A DNA stretch of 64,000 bases. Origin: Pseudomonadota bacterium. Lineage in GTDB: Bacteria; Myxococcota_A; UBA9042; GCA-2863065. This document shows positions 9,720 through 20,800 of the stretch, piece by piece. The translations under genes were made by a program, and so were the position numbers. Below the pieces are notes generated by a model. The model was not told the DNA's origin and did no database searches. It saw only the letters and a list, made by a program, of their open reading frames with translations. How positions within the stretch are numbered: the stretch's first letter is position 1; each line of letters starts with the position of its first letter. Where the stretch lies: contig SXOX01000036.1 of assembly GCA_005776585.1 (NCBI GenBank), positions 1,176 to 65,175 of the forward strand, written 5' to 3'.

Positions 9720-12700
9720 ATGGCGACGGAATCACGGAAAGTCGGAGAGCTCGCGCGGCTCGGGCAGCTTGCGTTCGCCGGGCGCGGTGCGGAGCTCGCG
9801 GGCCTCGGGCGCGAGGACGCCAACGTCATGAGTGCGTGGGCCGCCTTGACCGCGTCGGTGGTGGACTCGAAGTTCGACTGCTGCGTGAGCTCGGCCTATG
9901 ACTCGACGACCTTCGCCGGTCTCAATCAGTCGGTCACCGAGCGCTACCTGACCGACGATCCCTCCTTTGCGTTTGGTACGCCGTTGACCATTGGACGTCG
10001 GTTCGGCGGGGCGTGGTCTCCTGAGGTCGGCTACGGCCTCATCGACTTCATCGAGCCGGAGTGGCTCACGCTGGAGGACGACGCGCTGGACAACGAAGAC
10101 TTCCGCACCGAGGCGCTGGCGCGTCGTTCCATGTTTGGTCGGTCCGCCCCCAGCTCAGCACGTTCCGCTCGACGCAATCGAGCTGACGTCGTGGCGCCAC
10201 GGCGAGCGCCTCGGTCGATGACGGTCGACTCCGGCGGTGTTGCCGATGGCTCCGACTGGACCACGGCCGCTCCGGCGACCCCGCGGCGGGCCGAGGCAGC
10301 CTACGTGCAGCCCTACCCGAAGGCGATGGGCAATACGGGTGCACGCTTTGTCACGAGCGCGCAGCGGCGGCTAGCCACGGTGGACGCAGGCGCGACGTCG
10401 GTGGCAATCGACGGCGACCGCATTTCGATGCGTCAGTTGGGGCGCGCCGTCGAGTCACTCCGAGCCACGAGCGGCGCCGCCGCAAGCCCGATCGAGGCCG
10501 AGACGCTCAGGGCGCGAGCCTTCTCGCGCGTCGATACCGAAACGACAGCCTGGTCAGGTCACGTGCCAACGGTCGAGGCCGATCTCGGACGCGCGACCCC
10601 GGCGGGTCGTCATGCCTCGGGCACGACAGAGAGCACACGCGTCCAGGGGAACCGATCTGCTCGGCGGCCGACGAGCCGATCCATCGCGCGCACGTCCCCG
10701 CGCTCCCTGGCAGGATGGGAGTCACGTCCTTCGGCCGCGCCTCTCGTGGAGCTCGATGGCATCGCCGTCTCTGCAGATCGCCTGCCGAGTCTCGCAGCCG
10801 GCCTTGGGGTTGCGTCCCAGGCCTTCGCCATCGGTCGCTCCCCTCGATCCGCTGGACACACGGCCCGTCTCGCGAGAGGCGCCGTTACGCCCGACGTGGC
10901 CGGCGTGGGCGAAGTTCCGAGCACGACTGCCGCTGCGCAGCGGCTCGGTCGTGGCCCGACGGGGATGACCGCGCCGGATGGCGCGAGCGTTCCTGCCTTG
11001 GGCGGGGTCTTCTCCCCGTCCCGGCTCGAGAGCGCCTTGCAGGTCGTCTCTTACTCACCGCGGACCTCGGCGCCACGCCTTGGCTACGACGCCGTCCTCT
11101 ATGACGCCTCTGAGATGGCGTGGCTCGCCATGGAGACCGAGAGCCCCGCAACAATCGATGGAGCGCAGGCCACGACGCTTCAGCGCCCTGGTCGTCGATT
11201 GACGGCTGCGGAAGCGGCGACGCATGCCGCTTCAACTGCGGTCCGCGCCCGGGGGCTGACGCTCTCCGGACTGGTCACGGCGGCGACGCCTTCGGGAGCC
11301 GCTCGGTCGGCCGCGGGCGCTGGATTGCCCACGGTCGGTGGGTCGGAGCGAGCCCAGCGCGCGACCTCCGATTCCGGCTCATGGAGCCAGCTCGAGAAGG
11401 CCGCCGCGACGTGGATGATGGCCGACGCGGGCCTGGACGGGGTTCGCCCTGGCAGAGCCGCTGTGCGCGATCTGCAGGCGACCGCTGCGACGGAAGGACA
11501 CGGCCGGGCGATGCTCGACCCGCAGAGGACCGAAGCGGCTCCACCCGGCGCCATGACGGTCGATCGCGTGACGGAGATGGCGCCAGCGTCGTCGGTCGGG
11601 TACGCGACGGGTCACGCGTTGCTTCAGGCGCTCTATTCGGCCGGCACGCCGGCTGGACGAGCCGCCATGGCAAGCTCACAGGAGAGGCGCGGGGCGCTCA
11701 GCGTCCAGGATCTCGTGCCCGTCAGCAACGCCGGCGCCCTCAGCGCCCGCTCAGAGTTTGCCCGGCAAGCTCGCAGCGCCGCAGGCGATGCGCGTCTCTC
11801 GCCCGTCGCCGGCGAATCGGGGATCGCGCAACGGCGAGCCGGAGAGGCCTTGAGCCTGCGCGCGCAGCTTGGGATGTCGCTCGGACAGACCCACCTGTCG
11901 GCAACCACGACCAGAGCGGAGCTCTTTGCTGCGCGTCAGCTCGACGCCGGCTGGACGAGCCCGACCGGTGCCACGACGGATGGCATCTCCCTACCTGGGG
12001 AGGTCACGATTCGACCGTCGTCGCTTGCGTCGTACGTCGACGATCCCGTCGTGTACGTCGGCCTGGAAGGAGACGGAGCCAGCTCGATCGAGCCAACGCT
12101 CAAGCACGGGACGCCGCGCACGCAGGCGCGGGCTCGAGCCATGTCGCCGCAGGTCCATGCGGCGCTCGACGCGGTGACGATGCCCTTGTCGTCGGCGGCG
12201 TCGCTCGAGGCGAGTCTGCGCGCGGCCAGCGGGTCTGGCCGCCGCGACGGCCAATCGCAGGTCGCCGGCATCGCCACGGCTCAGGCCGATGGCGCTGGGA
12301 CGCAGCCGTGGGAGGCTCTCGGACGCCATCGGTCGTTCGATCGTCGCACCATGTCGGAGCTGAGCTCCCATGTGTCGGAGGCGCCTGGACGGGAGTCCCT
12401 CCTCGAGCGACGTGTCGGCGCGCTGTCGCACGAGAAGTCGGCTCCCGGAGTCGTCTCGTGGGTCTCGACAGCACCTGGCTTTTCGCCTGCCACGGCCTCA
12501 CTCTCCACCGGTGACCTTCTGGGCACCGTGGGGTCGACGCAGGGTGCCCCGAGCCTGGGTTCCGCCGTGTCGGGGCCAGCCGATGCGCGCCAGCTCTTCT
12601 ACCGCTTCTCGGGGGATGCCGAGACGACCTTCCTCGCCGGAGACGCCGAGCTCGGTAGCGCTCCCCTGGGTGCGGTCGCGGGCAGTCACGTCGTTGTGTC

Positions 12701-15140
12701 CAAGGGTCGCGTCACGCGCATCGCGCCTGCGACCGCCGCGGCCGCGCGCGCATCGACGATCGCGCCGGTGCAGACACGGACGGTGGGCTCGGAACGTTCC
12801 ACGCGGGACGAGCGACGCCTCGACGACGTCGCCGGGACCGGCGGCCGGCCGCGGGCGGCGCGCTCACCGGCCGACACGACGCGTTCGGCGGTAGACTCGA
12901 GCCAGGTCATTCCGGGTCTCGTGCGCTCGGTCATGACGCCGACCTCGGGATTCCACGCGGTCTCCGAGGGCACCTCGGCACTGACGCAGCTGTCGGTTGC
13001 AACGGCCTCGCATGCGGCGAGCCTGCGCGCGGCACATGGCTTGGCCGTCATCGGCTCAGAGCTCGGCCACCTGCCAAGCGCAGCGCGCGGGGTCGTGACC
13101 CGCGCCCTGTCCGCTCTCGGGGCGCTCGGGCCGCGCGCCGAAGCGTCGGCCTTTGGATCGGCCGCGACCGGCTCGTCCGCCGCGACCGCCATCATCGAGC
13201 GCCTCACGTCACTCGTCGGGCTCGGGCCCTCCGCGTCCCGTCGCGTCGTCGCGAGTCGACTTGCAGACGCAGGTGTCAGCCTCGATGAGCTCGTCCACGC
13301 GCTGGGCAGCGAGCCCCTGGATGCGACCAGCACACGCGAGCTGACCACTCGCCGGGCAATGAAGCCCGACGCGGCACCGGGGCGGTCCGCGGACCTCTCG
13401 GCGCCCGAGCGCGCCGCAGCGCTCCGCCGAGGTGACGCGCTTGCGGCGCAAGGCACCGCGGCTCTCGGAAGCCCGGCTGCGGTGACCATGGCGGCGACGC
13501 ACGCGCTCCTCGGCGCCGACGCGCGACCGGCATCGACGCTGCGAACCAGCCCGTATTTTGGGGAGTTCGCCCCTGCGTCCATTCGCATGGGTGACGCGCT
13601 AGGCTCACTGCGGTCGCTCCTGGCCTCTATCGGCCTGACGGATGCGCCAGACACTAGCGCTGCAGCACCCGCAGAGCGGCTCTCTCGCCTGGCCTTCGAC
13701 GCGCCGGAGACCACGTGGCTTGACACCTCGGACCCCGCTGGGGCCTCGACCGTCCCCGCGACTGACGCCGTCAAGAGCGCCTCGGCTCGCGGCCGCGCCG
13801 CGACGACCGTGGCAGCGCCGCACACGCGTCCGGGGAGCCCGGCGAGCTGGGACGCATCGGACGCCATCGTTCGGCGTTTGGGAGCCGGAACGAGCGATCC
13901 GACTGAGCGCGCCCTGGAGCGCATGACGTCGATCCGACCGACCTCGTCCGAGCATGGCCCCGAGGCCCTGCCGGGGGCGTCCCTCACGCGGGATTGGGTG
14001 GCCACGACGGAGAGCGCCGCTCCCCCGTTTGCGGAGCGCCTCCTGGCTGCCTCCGCACCGTGGGAGCAGCACGCAGGCTCGAGCGCTGCGGCGCGAGAGC
14101 TGTCCCTGGGTCAAGGCTCCGATCTGGAGCTGCTCGCGAGCGACGCGCAAGCGACGTCGGCCGATGGACTCACGCTCGGGGCTCGGCGCACGTCGCGGGC
14201 GCCGTCGGCGGGGTCGTCCTCCGCTCAGGCCGGCGCAGCCGCAACGCGCAAGGCGGGCTCGAGCGCCGCAGCCACGCTGCTTGGGAAGGGTGACCGCAGC
14301 GTCGCTTCGGGCGTGGCCGAGGGCCGTTTTGCCGAGATCGTGCAGCTTGCGGCCGCTCAGCTCGGACGAGCGTCGCAGGTCGACGGACCGCGCGGCTTCC
14401 AGGCCATGGGCTCCACCGCCATTCATGCGCTGCTGCGTGGCATGCCGACGAACCGGGCCGTGACCTCGTTCCTGGCGGGCGGGATCGACTTCGCGCACAC
14501 GGTCATCGACCGTGCCAACGGTGCCTTCGCGGGACTCGATCTCGGCGTGCTGCGGTCCCTCGACCGGCAGGCCGAGGCGAACGCGGAGAACGCCGCGAGC
14601 CCCTCGCTCGTACCCGGGATGCAGGAGTGGCCGGAGGACATGCGCACCTTCCTCGGCCAGGACGACGCGCCGCAGGGCTCGACTCGGGCCATCAACGCCA
14701 AGGTGGAGCGCCTCGAGCGTCGCATGGACGCCGCGCAGCAGGCCTACACGCGGCTTCGGGATGCCCGTCCGGCAGCGGCGGGGCCGCCCCATTCACTGGA
14801 CTCGGTCGACTGGAGCTTCGTGCGCACGGGCGCCTATCGCGACGTCCCGCAGGGCGCCGACCTTGGTCGCTTGGCCTCGGCCATGGTCAAGTCACGCGAC
14901 GTCCCGATGGCCGACATGGCCTACGTCGCACCCGCGGCCAAGGTGGTCGCGCAGCAAGCCCAGATGAAGCCGGCCAACGAGCCGTCGGCCTCGTCGAGCT
15001 CCTCGTCGAGCTCCGCCCCCCAGGGCAGTGCCGAAGGAGAGCGTGAAGAGAAGGTCGACTACGACTCGCTCGCGATGAAGCTATTGGGCAGGATCGCGCG
15101 GAAGAGCGCGTTCGACAAGCACCGCACCGGCGGCCACTAG
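9720..15140 (+). CDS. 1806-aa Ala/Ser/Gly/Arg-rich low-complexity CIS protein (tape-measure-like, scaffold or cargo)
   Basis: Long uninterrupted ORF in the operon between tube 2 and the LysM gene, with GAGG RBS. The C-terminal helix DYDSLAMKLLGRIARK...HRTG resembles the ends of long proteins at this position in other CIS loci. Confidence 0.7.
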   Translation: MATESRKVGELARLGQLAFAGRGAELAGLGREDANVMSAWAALTASVVDSKFDCCVSSAYDSTTFAGLNQSVTERYLTDDPSFAFGTPLTIGRRFGGAWSPEVGYGLIDFIEPEWLTLEDDALDNEDFRTEALARRSMFGRSAPSSARSARRNRADVVAPRRAPRSMTVDSGGVADGSDWTTAAPATPRRAEAAYVQPYPKAMGNTGARFVTSAQRRLATVDAGATSVAIDGDRISMRQLGRAVESLRATSGAAASPIEAETLRARAFSRVDTETTAWSGHVPTVEADLGRATPAGRHASGTTESTRVQGNRSARRPTSRSIARTSPRSLAGWESRPSAAPLVELDGIAVSADRLPSLAAGLGVASQAFAIGRSPRSAGHTARLARGAVTPDVAGVGEVPSTTAAAQRLGRGPTGMTAPDGASVPALGGVFSPSRLESALQVVSYSPRTSAPRLGYDAVLYDASEMAWLAMETESPATIDGAQATTLQRPGRRLTAAEAATHAASTAVRARGLTLSGLVTAATPSGAARSAAGAGLPTVGGSERAQRATSDSGSWSQLEKAAATWMMADAGLDGVRPGRAAVRDLQATAATEGHGRAMLDPQRTEAAPPGAMTVDRVTEMAPASSVGYATGHALLQALYSAGTPAGRAAMASSQERRGALSVQDLVPVSNAGALSARSEFARQARSAAGDARLSPVAGESGIAQRRAGEALSLRAQLGMSLGQTHLSATTTRAELFAARQLDAGWTSPTGATTDGISLPGEVTIRPSSLASYVDDPVVYVGLEGDGASSIEPTLKHGTPRTQARARAMSPQVHAALDAVTMPLSSAASLEASLRAASGSGRRDGQSQVAGIATAQADGAGTQPWEALGRHRSFDRRTMSELSSHVSEAPGRESLLERRVGALSHEKSAPGVVSWVSTAPGFSPATASLSTGDLLGTVGSTQGAPSLGSAVSGPADARQLFYRFSGDAETTFLAGDAELGSAPLGAVAGSHVVVSKGRVTRIAPATAAAARASTIAPVQTRTVGSERSTRDERRLDDVAGTGGRPRAARSPADTTRSAVDSSQVIPGLVRSVMTPTSGFHAVSEGTSALTQLSVATASHAASLRAAHGLAVIGSELGHLPSAARGVVTRALSALGALGPRAEASAFGSAATGSSAATAIIERLTSLVGLGPSASRRVVASRLADAGVSLDELVHALGSEPLDATSTRELTTRRAMKPDAAPGRSADLSAPERAAALRRGDALAAQGTAALGSPAAVTMAATHALLGADARPASTLRTSPYFGEFAPASIRMGDALGSLRSLLASIGLTDAPDTSAAAPAERLSRLAFDAPETTWLDTSDPAGASTVPATDAVKSASARGRAATTVAAPHTRPGSPASWDASDAIVRRLGAGTSDPTERALERMTSIRPTSSEHGPEALPGASLTRDWVATTESAAPPFAERLLAASAPWEQHAGSSAAARELSLGQGSDLELLASDAQATSADGLTLGARRTSRAPSAGSSSAQAGAAATRKAGSSAAATLLGKGDRSVASGVAEGRFAEIVQLAAAQLGRASQVDGPRGFQAMGSTAIHALLRGMPTNRAVTSFLAGGIDFAHTVIDRANGAFAGLDLGVLRSLDRQAEANAENAASPSLVPGMQEWPEDMRTFLGQDDAPQGSTRAINAKVERLERRMDAAQQAYTRLRDARPAAAGPPHSLDSVDWSFVRTGAYRDVPQGADLGRLASAMVKSRDVPMADMAYVAPAAKVVAQQAQMKPANEPSASSSSSSSSAPQGSAEGEREEKVDYDSLAMKLLGRIARKSAFDKHRTGGH

Positions 15141-15189
15141 GCGCCGAGGCACCCGGAGTTCGCGGCCCTGAGGGCCGAGGAGGAAGACG

Positions 15190-15951
15190 ATGAGCTTGAT
15201 GAGTGGTCTCGCGGATATGGTGAGCGGCGCGCTCGCAGCGGGCGGCCTCTTGATGAAAGGTGGCGTCACCGCGGCGCGTCTGGAGGTCGCTCCGAACGAG
15301 GCGCGCGCCAAGACGTGGCTCGCGCAGTGTCCCTTCGTGACGTTCCAGTTCAACCCGGAGTCGATCAAGATCGACCGCTACGCGCCCACCACGACGGTCC
15401 CGGTCGCGGGCCAGTCGCAGGTCGGCAACACTCAGGTGTCGGGCGCCAGCGAGAACCGGCAGGCCACGATTCAGCTGACGAACATCGTGTTCGACTGCTT
15501 CGAGACCCGGCCGCTCACGAGCGTGTATACGGCGTTCGTCCAGAAGCTGGAGCTCTACGCGGGCATCGACCCGGAGAAGCACGCGCCTGCGTGGCTGTAC
15601 TTCAACTGGGGCAAGTTCAGCGAGGGCTTCACGGGCGCGCATCGGCTCTACTGCAAGCTCGAGAAGCTCGAGGCGACGTACACCATGTTTCACTCGGACG
15701 GGACGCCACTCCGCGCCAAGTGCAACATGACGCTCAAGACTGGAAACCCGGAGGAGCAGCCCGAGAACAAGTCGCCCGACCACGCCAAGCTGGTCACGGT
15801 GCTGCGGGGTCAGTCGATTACGGACATCGCCTACCACGAGTACGACGACCCGCGGGAGTGGCGGCGCATCGCCGACGCGAATCAGATCGACGACCCGACG
15901 GCGCTGATGCCGGGGACTCGCCTCATCGTTCCTCCGATCCTCAAGCGCTAG
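15190..15951 (+). CDS. CIS tube initiator with C-terminal LysM (Afp7/Pvc7-like)
   Basis: FQFNPESI, FNWG and YTMFHSDGTPLRAKC. LysM: VLRGQSITDIAYHEYDDPREWRRIADANQIDDP. Confidence 0.9.
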   Translation: MSLMSGLADMVSGALAAGGLLMKGGVTAARLEVAPNEARAKTWLAQCPFVTFQFNPESIKIDRYAPTTTVPVAGQSQVGNTQVSGASENRQATIQLTNIVFDCFETRPLTSVYTAFVQKLELYAGIDPEKHAPAWLYFNWGKFSEGFTGAHRLYCKLEKLEATYTMFHSDGTPLRAKCNMTLKTGNPEEQPENKSPDHAKLVTVLRGQSITDIAYHEYDDPREWRRIADANQIDDPTALMPGTRLIVPPILKR

Positions 15952-15963
15952 GAGAGTTGGCTC

Positions 15964-17079
15964 ATGCCAATGAAGAACCGCGAAACGGTCAACCTCCTCG
16001 TCAAGCTCGACGGAAGCACAAGCATCCGTGGGCCGGGCGGGCAGACCTATGAGCTCACCAACAACATGGGACTGGTGTCGCTGTCGATCGACCTGCGACT
16101 CGACGCGCCGGACGCGTTCGAGGCAGAGTTCCTAGCTACGCTCGAAGGCCAGCACACGGTCTACGAATACGTGAAGGAAGGGATGCAGGTCGAGGCCGGT
16201 CTGGGCTTCGAGACGCCCGTCTCGCCGATCTTCAAGGGCGAGATCATCTACATTGATACCGACTACGATGTAGAGAGCGGCCACCGCGTCATGATTCGAG
16301 GGTTCGACAAGAACCATCGACTGACACGCGGCCACGACGCCAAGACCTGGGGCGACGGCTTCAAGCAGGAGCAGAAGATGTCGGGCGGCCTCAGCTCGCT
16401 CTTCAGTGGGCAGGGCCTCCAGTTCAAGGCGCCCTCCAAGGAGCCGCAGCACGCCTATGTCCCGAAGACGATGGGCACCGACTACGACTTCATGAAGTGG
16501 ACCGGACAGACGCCGTTCCGCAAGCCAGACGTGACGTCGAATGCCGTGGCCCAGATCTGCTTCGAGAACCTCGAGGGAAGCAATCCGGTGCGCGTCCTCA
16601 ACGTGCGCTATGGCGTCTCGACGTTCCCGGCCTATCAGAAGGTGCGTGTGCACGGCTGGGACGTGAAGAAGAAGGCGGCGTTCATGAAGGAGATCACCAA
16701 GTGCTCTCCTGAGATCGACTGCGCCCAAGCCAACTCGAGCGCGGGCTGGACGGCGGGCTGGACCAACGCGAAGGACGCGGTCGGCAAGGAGTCGGTTTAC
16801 GAGGCGGTCGTGAATTGGACCGAGCATCCCGAAGAGGCCGAGAAGGTCGGCCAGGCCATCTTCGACTCCATGAGCCTCAAGTACCTCACCGGTGAGGTCA
16901 CCTGCGAGGGCGATCCCGCGATCATCCCCGGCAAGCCCGTCGAGCTGAAGGGCTTCAGCGGTCGCATGAACGGCAAGGTCATCGTGACCCAGGCCGTGCA
17001 TCGCTACTCCGCTCAGGGTCGTGTTCCTTATCTCACCACCTTCCAGTTCGCCTCCAACGCGGGCAAGAAGGCCTCCTAG
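15964..17079 (+). CDS. Baseplate hub (phage late-control D / gp27-like), without a gp5 spike domain
   Basis: IFKGEI, IRGFDKNHRLTRG, TDYDF, VRVHGWD, GDPAIIPG and GKVIVTQAVHRY. It stops at 371 aa, where a VgrG would continue into the OB-fold. Confidence 0.82.
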   Translation: MPMKNRETVNLLVKLDGSTSIRGPGGQTYELTNNMGLVSLSIDLRLDAPDAFEAEFLATLEGQHTVYEYVKEGMQVEAGLGFETPVSPIFKGEIIYIDTDYDVESGHRVMIRGFDKNHRLTRGHDAKTWGDGFKQEQKMSGGLSSLFSGQGLQFKAPSKEPQHAYVPKTMGTDYDFMKWTGQTPFRKPDVTSNAVAQICFENLEGSNPVRVLNVRYGVSTFPAYQKVRVHGWDVKKKAAFMKEITKCSPEIDCAQANSSAGWTAGWTNAKDAVGKESVYEAVVNWTEHPEEAEKVGQAIFDSMSLKYLTGEVTCEGDPAIIPGKPVELKGFSGRMNGKVIVTQAVHRYSAQGRVPYLTTFQFASNAGKKAS

Positions 17080-17117
17080 CACCGTTTTTCGACCGCGGGG
17101 CGCGCTTTGGCCCTCGG

Positions 17118-17145
17118 TTGACACGTCCGCCCACCCGCATATCAT
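17118..17145 (+). promoter_or_regulatory. Internal sigma70-like promoter for the baseplate wedge genes
   Basis: TTGACA (17118-17123), 16 nt, TATCAT (17140-17145), within the 130-bp intergenic gap. Confidence 0.6.
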
Positions 17146-17209
17146 CGGCGCCGCCTCGGGCTTTCCGAGGAACCGCGTGTCTCATCGCAGCACGCGGAAG
17201 GGGGGAGTC

Positions 17210-17404
17210 GTGAAGGATTCCGACGATATGGACGTGTTGTCCGCGCTGCAGGACATCCTCGACGAGGTCGTCAACGGCCGCGAGGACGGGCACAAGTGTC
17301 CGTTCTGCAAGGACGGCGTCCTCGAAGCGACCGTCGAGCCCGACGTCAAGGTCAAGCTCGAGTGTGGCTCATGCAAGCGCATCTTCGAGGGTCGGCTGAG
17401 CTAA
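17210..17404 (+). CDS. 64-aa zinc-ribbon protein
   Basis: GTG start after GGGGGAG. Acidic N-terminal helix, then CPFC...CGSC. Confidence 0.7.
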   Translation: MKDSDDMDVLSALQDILDEVVNGREDGHKCPFCKDGVLEATVEPDVKVKLECGSCKRIFEGRLS

Positions 17405-17410
17405 GCACGC

Positions 17411-17827
17411 ATGAGCACGAGCTTTCCCAAGAAAAACTTCCTCGGGACCGGCTGGTCGTTTCCGGTCCGGATCGGCAGCTCCGGAGGCATCGCGCTCTCG
17501 AGCTACGAAGAGAACATCGAGGAGAACGTCCGCGTCATCCTGGGGACGGCGGTCGGCGAGCGGGTCATGGAGCCCGACTTCGGCTCACGCCTCCACGACT
17601 ACGTCTTTCACCCGAACAACCCCACGACGTCCTCGAGCGTGTGCTTTCACGCGCAGAGCTCGTTGTCCAAGCTCGAGCCGCGCATTCGTGAGATCGCCGT
17701 ACGTGCGTACCCCGATCCCAATGCGGACAACGTATTGCTTCTTCACGTAACCTACAAAATCATTCGCGACAACGAGCTTCGCAACATGGTTTACCCCTTC
17801 TATCTCCGGAGGGAGCAGGACCTATGA
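17411..17827 (+). CDS. Baseplate wedge / sheath initiator (gp25/GPW, Afp9-like)
   Basis: FLGTGWSFP, ILGTAVGERVMEPDFGSRL, EPRI and NMVYPFYL. Confidence 0.95.
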   Translation: MSTSFPKKNFLGTGWSFPVRIGSSGGIALSSYEENIEENVRVILGTAVGERVMEPDFGSRLHDYVFHPNNPTTSSSVCFHAQSSLSKLEPRIREIAVRAYPDPNADNVLLLHVTYKIIRDNELRNMVYPFYLRREQDL

Positions 17828-20800
17828 TCCCGAGCCCGAATCTCGACGACCGCCGGTACGACGACATCGTCGATGAGGCCATCCGGCTCATTCCGCAGTA
17901 CTGCCCGGACTGGACCAACTTCAACAAGGCCGATCCGGGCATCACGCTCGTGCATCTGTTCGCGTGGATGACCGAGCTCGTCATCTACCGTCTGAACAAG
18001 GTGCCCGAGAAGAACTACCTGTCGTTCCTCGACATGATGGGCATCCAGCGGCAGCCGCCACAGCCAGCCCGAACGGTGCTCACGTTCACGATCAGCGAGA
18101 AGGCGGACTCCACGCTCGTGCCCGCCGGCACGCAGATTGCCACGCACCCGACCGGAGACCGCAAGGAGACGCTGTTCGAGACCGAGACGGACCTGACCGT
18201 CGTCAACAACAAGCTCTCGCGCGTCGTCAGCCAGTACCACGATCAGTACGCCGACATCACGAGCTACCTCGAGACGAACGAGGCCTTCGAGGTGTTCGAG
18301 GGCGTGCGCTCGGTGGACCGGTATCTCTACATTGGCGACGATCGGCTCGAGAACTTCAGCGAGGCCGCCATCCTCACGTTGACCATCGAGGTGGCCAACC
18401 CGGGGGAGCGTCCGTTCCCCAAGATGATGGAGTGGGAGTACTGGAACGGCGAGCGCTGGCGTGAGCTCAACGAGGCCGGCATCGACACGGATCCGGACAG
18501 CATCGCCTTCGCCGGGCCGGGCAACCACGAGAAGTGCGTCGTCGGCGAGGTCGAGACGTTCTGGATTCGCGGACGGCTGGCCGAGGTGCCCAAGAGCTAC
18601 GACGAGACCGAGGTCCACAAGCTCACGGGGCGCATCGAGGTCCTGGGAGACGGCATCGACCCGGAGCTGATGTACTTCAGCCCGGCGCCCGACGCCTACC
18701 TCATCTTGGACTCCGACCGGAACTTCAAGCTCTTCGGCGACGAGCCGCACATCGACACGTTCTTGTACATCGCGTCAGACGAGATCTTCCGTCAGCCCAA
18801 GACGCGTGTGAAGGTCGAGGTCATGCTGACCGACCCGAGCATCGTGGAGAAGCCGGCACCGTCGGCGGATCTGGTGCTGGAATGGCAGTACTACAACGGC
18901 AAGCGCTGGCGCACGCTCGGCAAGATGGGGCCTGGCTACGAGCCACCCAAGGGCAAGAGCAAGGCCGACGAGAACCCGTACGACTTCAAGGACGAGACGG
19001 TCGCGTTCTCCCAAAATGGCGCGCTGTCGTTCAATCGGCCGGAGGACATGCAGGCCGTCGAGGTCAACGGACACGAGCAGCTCTGGATACGGTGTCAGGT
19101 CATCAAGGGCGGCTACGGCGCCAAGGGGACCTACGAGCTCGTCGAGGACCGCTGGGTCTACCAAAACGAGTTTCCGCTCAAGCCGCCATCACTGAAGGCG
19201 CTCACGCTCAAGTTCGCCGAGGAGAAGCAGGGCTTCGGGCAGGTCTGGACGTACAATGATTTCATGTACGTCGACGAGTCCAAGATGGCCGCGACGCAGA
19301 AGCCGTTCCGCGCGTTTCAGCCGGTCCCCGAGGAGAACCCCACACTGTACCTCGGCTTCGACAACCCGTTCCCGCACGAGCCGATCCAGATCTTCTTCAA
19401 CGTGGTCGACCCCACGACCGTTGTGCGTGGTCGCCGTCGCGCCAAGGTCTTCGTCGGCTCCGAGGAGCAGGACAAGTACGTCGAGCAGACGATCGTCTGG
19501 GAGTACTGGAACGGCAAGGAGTGGGCGCCGCTGCTGCCCAAGGACGGGACGGACAACTTCCAGGCCGCCGGCTTCCTGGAGTTCGTCGGGCCCAAGGTCC
19601 ATCGCAAGGCGCGCCGCTACGGCGACAACCTGCACTGGATCCGCGCCCGACTGGCCTTCGGCGGCTACGACGAGCCGCCCATCTGCGACGGCATCCGGCT
19701 CAATACGGTCTACGCGTCCAACTACCAGACGATCCCCGAGTTCGTTCTCGGCGCCAGCCAGGGCACGCCGAACCAGTTCTTCGGCTTCACGCGCGGTCAG
19801 CTGCTCCCGGGGCAGCACATCGCGGTCATCGAGCAGGAGAAGCCGAGCGACGACGACCTGGAGCGCCTGATCGCCGAGGAGGGGCCCGACGCCATCCGCG
19901 AGCTCCCCGAGCACGGGGGCTGGCTCGTGCGCTGGCACGAGGTGGAGAGCTTCTACGAGTCGCTTCCGCGCAGCCGTCACTACATGAAGGAGGTCTCCAA
20001 CGGCGAGATTCGCTTCGGCGACGGCGTCCGCGGCATGGTCCCGCCCAAGGGCGAGCGCAACATCGTGGCGGTGCGGTGCCGCGTCGGTGGCGGCTTCGAG
20101 GGGAACGTGCCGGCGGGGGCCATCGAGGTCCTGCAGTCGACGATCCCGTTCATCGAGACGGTCACCAATCCGTACGCGGCCATGGGCGGCGCGGATCTGG
20201 AGACCATCGACGAGATCAAGCTCCGTGGGCCGCACGTGCTCAAGAGCACCGGTCGGGCGGTCACGCGCGAGGACTTCGAGTGGCTGGCGGTGCAATCCAG
20301 CAACAGCGTCGCGCGCGTCAACTGCATCCCGGCCCACAAGAGCGAGGGCCAGGTCACGGTCGTGGTCGTGCCCAAGATGGCGGAGAACCACCCGGACTTC
20401 GTGCGGTCCAAGGCGCTGCCGTCGACGGAGCTGCTCCGGCGCGTGCGCCAGTATCTCGGCGAGCGCAAGCTGCTCACGACCGTGCTGCACGTCGTCAAGC
20501 CGCGCTACCGCGAGTTCTCGGCCAAGATCGAGATCATGCGCCGCACGTCGGGCTCCTCCGATCGCATCAAGCGCGAGATCGACGAGCGCCTGCGTCGCTT
20601 CTTGCACCCCCTCCGGGGCGGAAAGCAGCGCCGTGGGTGGCCGTTTGGCCGCAATGTGTTCAAGGTCGACCTGTTTCACGTGGTCGAGGAAGTGGACGGA
20701 GTCGACTTCGTCAGCGCCGTACGGATCATCGACGAGGACACCAAGTCCGATGTCGACCAGGTGCGCATCGACGAGGACGAGCTCCCGTTCCTCGTGAACA

